From NCBI RefSeq assembly GCF_000181795.1, contig NW_003526941.1, forward strand, positions 4,746,425-4,800,338: a DNA stretch of 53,914 nt. Direction: 5' to 3'. Of this stretch, positions 1-11,715 are shown one piece after another; position 1 is the stretch's first letter; every line of letters starts with the position of its first letter. The position numbers were made by a program, and so were the translations under genes. A model generated the notes under the pieces. It ran no database searches. It was not told the DNA's origin and was given only the letters and a program-made list of their open reading frames with translations. Origin of the DNA: Trichinella spiralis. Lineage: Eukaryota.

Positions 1-132
1 TTTCCGCACCGCATGATTGGTCCAACCAACCGAACACGAGCTGGCTATTTCCAAAGTTACAGTACACTTGCATATCGGTAATGAAAAGAGCTGGACAAGA
101 GCAGAACGTCCGTGTACGCTGGTCAAAAGAAG

Positions 133-3100
133 ATGGCCTCTTCATTGGCAACGGATCAACTCGGCAACGGTCAGAATACCATCATGACCACCACTACCAC
201 CACCAACACCCCGACTACCACCATTGCCCTGCATCAAGAGGACAGTAAGTGAACATTTTTTCACCGATCCCATAACGCACCGCACAATGTCGGAATTCAA
301 CTTTTTCCATTTCATAATTAGAAAATTGAAAAGCCCCTTCTCTCCTAAGCTAACAGTGCAGGGGTGGGGAAGCATTGACGCGCGCAAACTACCAGCAACA
401 TCAAGTTGCCATATTCAATGAGTGAAATTCAGTCAATCCGACGCGTTTCAATTACTAACAACCCATTGCACCTATTCTCCTACTGAACTTGTGCTCCAGT
501 GAAATCATGCAATTATATCCCACACCCTTTCCACAATCAAACTTCTGTTCAACATCTGACTCCACTAGAGGATGCATCATCCACTAGAGATGTGCATATA
601 ATGTTCACTTAGCTGGAAACCCAGGGGTGTGAATTAGTGGAACCGTCAAATCAGAGAGGGGTGGGTGATTTTGCAACAGAACTAACTACTGTAAGATAAG
701 AGCACAAAATAAGAGAAGCGAAAAAAAACAACTTATATTCCCTTTTATATTTTTCCACTATTAGAAGGAACACACATGCGTTTTGCAAAAACAATAACCC
801 AATGACAAAACTCATATTTATAATGTTACGATAAATAATGATAAGACAAATAATGATAATAAACATGCCAACAGGTAAATCACAATTCACCAATCATTAA
901 TGCCGAATGAAAATAAACATCTGAATTTATGCAATTATGAGGAACTTTATGATTTAACTTTTCAAATCAAAAATAGAAAATTAATAATTATGCAAAATAT
1001 CATCAATGAAATGAATGCCAGTCAAAATGATCACCACTTTTACGTTCACTTGGACAAAATTTAATTAAACATCAAACCCCAGCTGAGCAATTTTGAAACG
1101 ACACTTATTCAGTTTTTATGTAAATTTCTGAAAATGAAAATTGTAATTTCTTATTCACTGAAGAAAAATGATACTTTACGCGTGGGCAATTTCAGATGGA
1201 ACAATAAATGTAAATTGTCTTCATTTATACAGGTGCAATATGAATTTTATTTGTAATATTTATTTTAAAAATTTGAAAAATAAAGAATCATTCTCGAGGA
1301 AGAAGAAAACAACGCTCAAATACTTAAATTTTCGCTCATTCACACCTACTCTATTCTGTCAGATTCTTAAATCTTAATCCGTCATTCATCAGATTATGCT
1401 ATAGAAATTGAACAAAGCAGCAGCTGAACAATAAGCCGAAGTAAAGTTTACAATAATGCGATTAAAATATGAGAATTTCATTGACCATATTTGTTATTTA
1501 AAAGAAAAGTACAAATCTGATTCTATTTCATTGTGCAAAACATTTATACATATGAAGAAGAAGAAGAAGAAGAAGAAGGTAAAAAGTGAACCTCAATTAT
1601 CCCTTTTGAAAATTTGCAGAATGTTCTCTTTATCAGTGAATAATGAGAATAAATATCTACTTACTATTTATCAGGCTGATTCAAACGTAAAAAAGATCCA
1701 TTATTAACGTACACGATAGTCTTCATTGATACAAGAGCAGCTTGATGTCCATCAGGTAGATTGATAATTGCATCATTCAGTTGTGAACATTGCTTTGCCA
1801 CTGTATATTACAACAGCAGGAGAACATAATATTCTATGTTATAAAAAATTATATAAATTAAATTTCATCAAATTCAATATATACATATATGTGAGTGCGT
1901 ATAACATTTGATATACTAATTTATATAAATTTTTCAAACAGTAATGATCACTATTGAAATTTTAACAAATATGCATAAAACGCAGTTTATTTCATTAAAC
2001 ATATTAGCGTTTAAATTGTTTTTCTAATCACAAAAAGCAACATATGTACACATATATACATATATACTTGAAAGATTAACAAAATGAAATGCAATTACTG
2101 AAATGAAAACTGCACAACTAGAACAACAAAAACAACTATGAATATTGAACAAAATGAAAACTCAAGTTAAAACTAATTATATGAGAATTATATATTTCAT
2201 AATTATTGTAAAGAAAAATATGCATTGAATTTATCGAATATTCAAAATATTTCCAATATAGAAGATGAAATTGTTTAAATTGGAAAAGTGACATAACAAA
2301 AATAAATGTATGTACGTATGAATTTAAAAAAAAGAAATAATATACATGTGAATAGCATGTTTTGAGAAAAAACATTCGACAATATTTGTTCAAAATTAAT
2401 TGAAAAATTAAAAAAATAAATACGATTGAATAGAGAAGAAAAAAAATAAATTCCAAAGCACTACACGCTCGAATGAAACAATTACACGAAATAATAAGTA
2501 TACAAACAAAGCCTTATGCACACACACGCGAAAAATGAAAAACAAATCTTGCTTATTATGTAAATCTATGTAATTATTGTATAAATTCAGATTGTATTGT
2601 GAATATTTTGTTTTCCTTTGTCAACAGTTCCATTTGCATCATATAGTGATATTACGTTAATGTTGTTATTATTATTATGCCTGGGTTGAAATTACAGTTT
2701 GCATACACATCGCTGACAGTTGGATAGATAGACATTTGCAAGGAAAGATTGGAAAGAACAATTGCGCAAATGGATTTGATGAAGATGATAAATGAGGGGA
2801 ATTTTGGTCAGAATCTCAATGTGCACAGTGCCTGAATGTATGAATGAGAGAAAAGGACCAAAAGAGAAAGGGGGCGGGGGAAGAGCAGGACATGGAGAGG
2901 AAAAATCAATCTGCACAGGATTGTGCAGATTTGCAGTCATTGACTGCACGCGTCGATCGTCAACGACCCTTCCCCCTCTCCTCCCCCATTTCCGTGGACA
3001 ATTTTATCTGTCCCGGTCAACAATGGTGCTTGCCTTTCACACGACAAACACGGCAAATTCAGTGTCGTAAAGTGACGTTAATGCGGCTCACCGGCGGATT

Positions 3101-5243
3101 TACTCGACCGGAACCACAACGCAATGTCCATCTGCTTGCTTTTAGCAATTTACATGCTACACGCGTGGTCAGTGTAAAATTGCCCACTGGTAAGCAGTTG
3201 GACACTGTTCAACATTGCCATTTTGTACAACAAACAAACAGGCAAATGGTTTCAAATCTCGAGCAACAATTCCACCTACAGTCTGTTACAGTAACACTGC
3301 TACGGTGTGCTTTTTTTTAACAAAAAAAGATACATACTACCGCCACCACTGATAATAATAATAATAGAGAAATTGAAATAAATTACTTTGAAAATTTATC
3401 AGCAATCGTCTGTCAGTTGATGATGATCAAGAAAGTGGTAGTCGTAAATTTTTCATCACCACGCCGGCATAAAGTGACGGTGAAATTGAGCCGTTGTCTA
3501 GCCACGCAATGCGCCGCTGATCACCATTGGAGATCGACGACGGTCAATCAATTTGCTGCCATCAGGGTACCATCTGCCTTCAACTTCCGGCTAGGAAACT
3601 TCACATCACGACCAAGAACGAAGAAAATTACCGACTTTTGACAATTGTTATTCTTCATTCAAGCTACAACAATTATTATTAATAGAACAAATAAACAAAC
3701 AAAATCCAACAACAACAACAACAACCAGTTGCATCATTTTTAATTTATAATTAATAATTTATTCAATTGTTCCTATTTCAGAGTGAACAAAAATCGATTC
3801 AACGAGTGAACAATTTTTCCTTTCCCATCATTGCTCGAATCGAATCCTACTTTTTATTTAAAAAAATGTTTTTTTTGTACTCTTACTGTATTTGTACCGA
3901 TTAAGTAGGGACGAATAGAAAATTGTTTTTTCTTTTTTGAATTTTGAAAAAAACAAAAACGTTTTTTTTCATTTTCCAGTAAAATTTGCCAATTGCGCCG
4001 CTTGTGAACAGCCAATTTTGGATCGGTTCATTTTCAAAGTGCTCGACCGTGAATACCACGCCCGTTGTTTGCAGTGCGCCGAATGCAAGGAAAAATTGCA
4101 CGACAAATGCTATGCACGAGACGCGGTCGTCTACTGTAAAAAAGATTTTTTCAGGTTTCATTTTCAAATTCCATTATGCGAATGTTTGGTTTTCATTTCC
4201 ACTTTCCCATTTCCAGAAGATTCGGTACCAAGTGTTCGGGCTGCAAAGAAGGTATACTGCCCCAGGCGGTGGTACGGAAAGCTCACGACCACGTCTACCA
4301 TTTGCAGTGTTTCAAATGCGCGGTCTGCGAGCGTGAAATGAAAACCGGAGACGAATTCTACCTGATGCCCAGCGATGGGAAAATTGTCTGCAAAGGTGAC
4401 TTCGACATTACCAAAAACAAAGGTAGGTGAGGTGTATTTTTACATTTTTCAGTCAGTGGTATATCCAAAATTTTGGACTGTTTCATTTTTTTGTTTAAGA
4501 TTTTGACAATTCCAACAAACGTCCCAGAACGACCATTTCAGCCAAACAGCTCGAAACGTTGAAGCATGCTTATCAGTTGTCGCCGAAACCGGCACGACAC
4601 GTTCGCGAACGACTCGCCCTGGACACCGGTCTCGACATGCGTGTAGTGCAGGTGGGCAAGTTTTGTGGAAATTTGCATAAAGTGAAAAATTCCACCGTTT
4701 CAGGTGTGGTTTCAAAATCGTCGGGCAAAAGAGAAACGAATGAAAAAAGACAACAATCGTGGTAGCAAGTGGGGCCACTGTTTGTCGAAAACTGGTCGAC
4801 AAAGCAGCAGTGGAACAACGTTCAACAACGAAAGCGACGAATCCTTTGAACTTGCCTCTTCTGAAGACAACTGCAGCTTGTCTGAATACAATGGTTAATT
4901 GATTAATTAATTAATTAATTAATTAATTGTTTATCTGTTGAAATTTAAATTTCCATCGACTGATTCAGAAGAACCATTCGATACGAAATTGTGCAGTGAA
5001 ACGCCGTCGCTCGGTTTGGGCAAAAGTGAAAATTACCACCAACAAGCGACGCCAATTCGTGCCGACAACTCGGACAACGAACAGCGCAGCCTTCAGTGCA
5101 CGGCGACGATGCCCGCCCAGATTACTGTAGGCATGTATCCGCCGAACAACCAGCCGCCGCACACCTTGTTACTGTCCCCCTACACGGCGGCTGGTGAAGT
5201 GAGACCCCCGCTGAGTGGCGCCACTAGTCGACACTATATTTGA
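133..5243 (+). CDS. ceh-14: LIM-homeodomain transcription factor, Lhx3/Lhx4 class (C. elegans ceh-14-like)
   Basis: Core exons 3980-4154, 4217-4422, 4500-4651, 4704-4893 and 4969-5243 join in frame via GT-AG introns. They encode two LIM domains ([12 protein letters not shown]...[15 protein letters not shown]...HLQCFKC) and the homeodomain [57 protein letters not shown]. The first exon 133-244 (MASSLATDQ...HQED, phase-1 GTAAGT donor) is inferred and less certain. Confidence 0.93.
4895..4928. repeat. (TAAT)n tandem array in the last intron of the LIM-homeobox gene
   Basis: Sequence ttaattgattaattaattaattaattaattaatt read directly. Confidence 0.85.
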
Positions 5244-5496
5244 TTTGAATTTTAAATTCAAAAAAAAATTAATAAAAATCACACACACAAAACTTACTTT
5301 GAATTTTTTATAAATTCAAAAAAAATCATCACCAATTTGAACTTGACTTATTCAACAACAGTTCAACATCTAGAAAAGAAAAATAAAACAAACAACCTAC
5401 TTATTGAAATGTATAGTTTTGATGTTAAAAATAGTTTTGTGTTTTATTTCAATAATAATTGACAATCGAAAAAGAAACCGAATAATAATATTATTA

Positions 5497-6174
5497 TTAT
5501 TCGAAATTATCTGGAAATCGTGGACGTACGTGACCATTTTCATCCACTAAACAACAGTCCATTTCACCACAGCAAATTTCTTGATATTTGAAACATCTGA
5601 AAAAAAAACAAGAAAAAATCAACAAATGTTCAACATTAAACATTTTCACTTACTGGAAAACAATTTCATTGACACGTTCATTGTCCTCGTAAAAGACATT
5701 AATATCTTCTGGAATCGGATATGAGCATTTCGTTCGATCCATCAACAGACTAGTCGGATCCTGGATTATTAAATGTAAAATTTAAACCATAATTACTTTT
5801 TAATTTCAACAGAATTGTTTTTTTTTCTTTTTCCGTCAACTCAACTCACCAGAGAATAATATCGTTCACCAATCCAATAGTCACGATTGTACCTGGGAAA
5901 CGGTTGTCTGCTGTTGTATTGGGCAACTTTGCGCGGGAAAGGTCCATCGTTGAATTTCAACAACAAATGACGCAAAATTCGAACCGACGATCTGTTCAAT
6001 CGATCACTGATACCATAATCGCCCGTATCTTGCCATCTGGAATCGTGGGAAAAATATTCAAATTAATTATGCTAATTTCTTTTTTATTTACCGTTTCAAT
6101 CTGAACATTTCGACTTGCAGTACAGTAGTGGAGAACAGGCCAATTATTATTACAGGCAGCAATTTGACAAACAT
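5497..6174 (-). CDS. Small secreted CX-module cysteine-rich protein
   Basis: Four exons join in frame: MFVKLLPVIIIGLFSTTVLQVEMFRLKR-WQDTG...RDYWIGERYYSL-DPTSLLMDRTKCSYPIPEDINVFYEDNERVNEIVFQ-CFKYQEICCGEMDCCLVDENG...FE*. It has a hydrophobic N-terminus and a YW..C.Y.I...I.F.C..CCG..CC pattern typical of the nematode CX module. Not present in the ORF track. Confidence 0.78.
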
Positions 6175-6684
6175 GTTGACAAATGAACTGCTTTCACCAA
6201 AACTGACCACTTTATTCTATTCAAACGGGCAACAAGTTTCGCTGTTTATCAACAAGTTTCACCTTTTACGGTTCAATTATAACAGATCGACAGTATTCAA
6301 TTTTTAAAAGTCAACTTTATTCTAACTGATCTATTTTTACATTTCATTCACACAATGCATTTATTTATTTTAAATTTTTTTTCACAATTCACTTGTTTTA
6401 ATCGGCATACAGTATAATGATAAAGAGAATAAAATCAAAATATTCAACCTTTATTATCAACAATATTATACAGAAAGCAATTTACTCAAAAATATTAAAT
6501 CGCATTAAAAAATTTGTTTTTTAATATTCTCAAACAATGTGCATGCAGTGTAACAAATTTATTTGTTTGAAATGCAAAAGAAACGAATTAAAACTTCCAC
6601 ATCATCACACTCCCTTTGCAAATACGTCGTCAGTTATTGGGATATTTTTCTACAATTTCGTTCATTATTATTATTATTAATTTT

Positions 6685-9600
6685 TCAATATGACAACGGC
6701 TCGTTGTAAAATTCTCTTTCCAAATCGTTGCCCAATGCATACGTTTCAACGTGATGATGCATTCGAAAACGTTTCAACAAATGATTTGTTTTTTTCAACA
6801 ATTCCCTAACACAAAGTTGAGAAATAATTGAAAATTAATACACAATAATAATAATAATAAACCTACTGCTGCTTGGAATTATTTTGATCCGCTTTCATTA
6901 ATCGTTCAGCCAATTGAACCATCGTTCTGCAAAACGAATCATACACGGCATCGGTTGTCTCTTTGCCAAGTTCTGACAACCAACTGTCGGGAAGCAGTTT
7001 GGCAATCTGTAAAAATAAATTTGCATAAAACGACCAAAGACAAAGTTGTCGAAGCGAACAACAACAAAAACTGATATTACCGCATCTGCTTTTTGAAAAA
7101 TCTGCGCATCGCTGTTATTGCCACAGACAGTGTTCAAACTGACCAGAAGGTGAGAATTGAGAACCCGAGGCAGTGCCAATGCTTTCACCGCACTTTCAGA
7201 AAGCACTGAACGCAAAGTTACAACATTTTCTAGCACCTTAATCATAACAGAAGATTACAATTTATTACGAATAAACAATTATACAAATCAAACAACGTAA
7301 TAATAAACATGCTACTGCTACTAACTAGTACTAATAAAATTCCACTTACCTTTACACCAAACCAAAATTGGCGTTCACAAAAATTCAGCACCAATTGAAT
7401 CTGTTTCCCGTCTGACATGCTAGAAAAATTTAAAATAAAAAACTCCAAAAACTGAATTCAGCAACACTGAATAAAATACGTTTTTGGAAATATAGGTGTG
7501 AACAATTCGGTCGAAATGGTCTCGTCCATACGGCGGTAAACAGCGTCGACCAACGAGCCCACTTGTCCACTTTCGGGCGTCAGCGTGGGATAATTTGTGA
7601 ACAGATTGTCCAAAAAGTCCACCAAGCGTCGGGTCTGTTTTCCAGAAGTTGGATCCCAAACTTTGTTCACCAATTCTGCCAAATCAATTGGAACAAATAT
7701 TTATTTACTGAATAATGGAAAAATTCGAAAAAGAAAACAACAAATACCCGTCAAAAGTGGACAAACAACTTTCAAAACAACATTCGGAACTATGTAAATT
7801 ACATCCAATTCGTCCGCTTGGTTGTGTTCAGCTCCGGCTTTGTAGCCGAAACCCACCAACCGTCGGAACCATACGAACGATTCCAACGGTTGCATTCCAT
7901 CCTGAAAATTTATTTAGTCATTTTCATTCCAACGGAATGAATCCAAAAATTTGAATTTCACAAATAAAACAACAAATCAACCTCTGTCGGTGTCCAGCCA
8001 ATCATCTCCTGCTGAACGAACGGTGAGGCCAATTTAGGCAAACACAAATTGCCGAAACATTTCGAATATGTGGCCGGAAAATTGTCCGTCCAAGTGGAAA
8101 AACGTTCGCAGACGGCTTCAATCGACTTGAATTCATCAGCAACATCATCAAATATACCATTCGCTTTTTCCTTGCATTCCACTATAATAAAATAAAAGAA
8201 AAAAACAAAATGTAAAATCCTTCCTTAATAAATATTCATTCAGATTAATAATTATTTCAATTCACTGCATACTCATCAACTGAGAAAAGTCAACAACGCA
8301 TCGGCTAGGTTCTTCGTCGTCGCTTGACATACCGTCGTGGTGGGTCAACGAAACAACCGCTCGTTCTCTTGCCAATCTTCTTCGAGTTCTACAAATATAC
8401 ATGCATGTATAAATTTAAATAAATTGGACAATTTTCTCAAACCGTCTGGCTTCACGTTCCGCTACACGAGTCAACTTTTCCGATTCTTGTAAATTGGCAG
8501 AAGGAAGACCTGAATGAAATTGAAAAAAAAAATTAATAACACCTCATGAAATCAAATTCACCCAAAAAAGTAATGCATCGCGAACAGTATATAAACTGTT
8601 TAAAGTACACAGAGAAAAATGGATTTCATACTGCTGCCTAGGGCGATAAGACAATCGCGATGCTGATCTTGGACGTCAATTTCCCGACGATGCTTGAAAA
8701 ATATCATTCTTTTGTGCATCAATGCAATCGCTTCTTTGTTCAACGCATCAATCATTGGCACCTAAACAAAATAAAAATAAAAACAAACAAACAATAAACA
8801 ACAACAATCTTATTTGCTTTCTGAAATGTCTTCGGATAAAGTGGAAAAAAAGCGGAAGAACCTTCTCGTCCAGGCAGTCGAGAAGATCAACAATATAAGA
8901 ACGTAACGTTATGAAAAAATTGTACTGTTCCATCAGTATTGGTTTTTGTTCGGACAATTTTTCACAAATTTCTTGCTGTTCTTCCCGATGCTGTCTGGTA
9001 GAATGAAGTGATTTCATCCGTTGCTGCTCTGTCTCCTTAAATTCTTCGAGCCTGAAAATCACAAACAATAACAACAACAACAACAACAACAACAACTGAT
9101 GTCAACTTTCATCAGTATAACAAAATAAACAAATAAATAAACATGTAATGCAAAAAATGAATAAATAAAATAAAAGTGAATAAAAATATATTCAACGTTG
9201 CTCATTTTCATCCTGTCTATGTGCAGTGGGAAGTTTGTTGTGGGGCTGTTGAAATGGAAAATAAAATCCTTTAGCTTACTTTTCCTTAATCTTCGAATGA
9301 ATGCTCTCAAAATTACTTTTCCCGACGAATGGCCGTTGTGAAGCCTCTTCGTCAAATTGAACAAACAACGAACCATAATTTCGTTTCTGCAACGCCAACG
9401 GCTGTTCAACGTGCAATTCCGAAGATTTCACTTCCAAATCCATCGGCTGAGGCATGTTCACGTACTCTTCCAAAGTTTCACTGATTAAATCTGCCCGACC
9501 AAATTGGGAACAATTTTCCGGCATTGTGACTGCACGTTTTCGGTGATATTGTGCAATCTTTTCGTTGAAATTTGCAAAACAAAAAAAAATTTGATTTTAT

Positions 9601-10607
9601 AAAATCAGCAATCATCATTTCGAACAACAACGTACAACGCTAACGGATACACCTTTTCGAATTTGTTCCATTTCCCAGATTTCCAATTCGTCGTCTCTTT
9701 CATCAGGTGAATCTTTCATAACAACCGACAAAATTCATTACAACCAAATTATCATATGGGAATAAAATTTCAAACTCACCACCATGTTCAACTTCGGCAA
9801 AATTCGCCTCGACTTCACGCCGCAGACGTTCATTTTCATTTTCATTGCGCGAATAAAATTGGCATTTTTCGTCTTCTGAATCGTCATCTTCGTCGTCTTC
9901 ACGAATCAGTCGACTCTTCTCGTTGCGGTATCTCTGCGTGTCGTCCAGCGGTATAAATTCGGCCGAAAAAGTGCTTTCTTCTCGGGCAGCTTCCCGTCGC
10001 TTTCTTGCCATGTGAATCACTTTGGCGTCAGGAATGAGACCACCTTGGGACAGAGTTTTTTTGTAATATAAATATTTTGAAAAAGAAAAAAAAGAATACC
10101 GGAAACAATTTTGGAAAATTCAGTAGCTTCATTGTAATCTTTAGTGACATCGACAACTCGAAAAGGATGAACCTGAGGATGCTCAACTGAAGACTAAACA
10201 ACAACAACAGTAATTATAAAATTTAAAAAAATGCCTTTTTTACTTGTTGTTCTGATGAATCTGGTTCTTTCTGCACGACAGTTTCTTTTTTCTTTTCAAC
10301 TGCTTTTTTTGTAGATAATTCACCGCGACGAGAAAGCTTGTGCAATCGCGTCGGTTTCTTACTCTTGAACAGAGCATTGGATGCTAAAAATAGCAATCAA
10401 AATCACTTCCTTACAAAAAATTTAATTAAGATAAAGTAAAATGAAAATACCTTCTTCCTCTTCGGCAAAACTCAACAAATTGCTGCATACTGGTACGACA
10501 TTTGAAATCGACGTACTTGCAGAAATTTCATTCCCATCATTGCTACCTTCCGAATCACTTCCACGTACTTTTTTCCGCAGACCCTTTGCTACGCTCTTTC
10601 TGAACAT
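6685..10607 (-). CDS. PAXBP1: PAX3/PAX7-binding protein 1 / GC-rich sequence DNA-binding factor (GCFC family)
   Basis: ATG directly after a TTTCAG acceptor. Motifs seen: LLSFAEEEE, IPDAKVIHMARKRRE, SRLIREDDEDD, EIWEMEQIRKGV, LRSYIVDLLDCLDEK, IFDDVADEF, YSKCFGNLCLPKLASPFV..E...W.P, VWDPTSGKQT. The last exon ends ...NEPLSY*. Confidence 0.9.
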
Positions 10608-10634
10608 CTGAAAAACAAATAATTTCAAATTTCA

Positions 10635-10660
10635 ATATATATATATATATATATATATAT
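10635..10660. repeat. (AT)n microsatellite
   Basis: Dinucleotide run read directly. Confidence 0.9.
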
Positions 10661-11715
10661 ACAAAAACGTAAACTTGAAAAATAAACTATTGTCCACAAC
10701 AAGCAAAACGCGTGCATACAAATATGCATAAAACAATAAAAAGACAGAACACATTTATACAAATTAATAGAAAACAAATATCTATTCTATAAAAAAATGT
10801 TAAAATTTCAATTACTTGAAAATATATTTGATCTTTAAGGCGTTCTGCATGAAATGACAGATAAAATTTCACATTTCTGAATATTACAGTATTAATATTT
10901 ACTGTAATTATAAATTTTCACGTTCAACTTTTTAAATTTTTTCAAAACTCAAGGATGCAATAACAGTAATACCAATAATGTGAATGAACAACTGAAAATC
11001 TGTTATGGTGTGGTGTTTATTTTAAAAAGAAATTTATGATAAAAATGCGTTTAAAGCGGTTTTTTTTATGAATGTCAAAAGAAAAGGTAATTTTTGATTA
11101 CAAGAAAATATAATAAAATTTATTTCTAAAATGTATAAAAGGCTGTACAATTTTTATAAGATTATTCAAAAGTGAATTCAAAAATTATGAACACTTTCCA
11201 CAACATTACTGTAGCGATGGGACTTGAACTGTGTGAAACGTGTACACTTGTTTGAAAATCGCCATTTGACTGCTATGCTTTTCTTTTACCGTTTAGTGCA
11301 TGCGTTTTGGATTAAACAGGTCAAAGTTTTCCATGTAATATTACACGCATGCATATTTCACGAATTTGTCAGAAATGAAATGTTCAACACCATGGTGTCG
11401 AACACAAAAGTTTTCTGTAAAGTGATAAATGAATAATGAAATGTGTTGTTTTGAGAAAAAAATTTGTTTTCAGCTAAAATTATAAGCGGCAATGAAAGAC
11501 AACAATTTTATTTCAACTTTTGTACAATTTCAAACACAGCACTAATAAGCGTATGCATGTTCCTTTGGCATTGTTCTGAAATAAGACCATGCAAATTTAT
11601 TTATTGTATAAAATTTAAATATAATTACCTTGCTTTGATGAGCAGAAAATTCTACTTAAGCGCAAAGTAATTGTAAAAGCGTTTCAATTTGTCGTGAGTC
11701 CACATAGCGGTGAAC

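Noticed and set aside
560..590. Direct repeat TCCACTAGAG x2
   Set aside because: Only two short copies; no array, CRISPR or transposon structure.
1456..2456. AT-rich ORFs including a poly-Lys (AAG)n run
   Set aside because: Low-complexity intronic sequence with no splice-supported frame.
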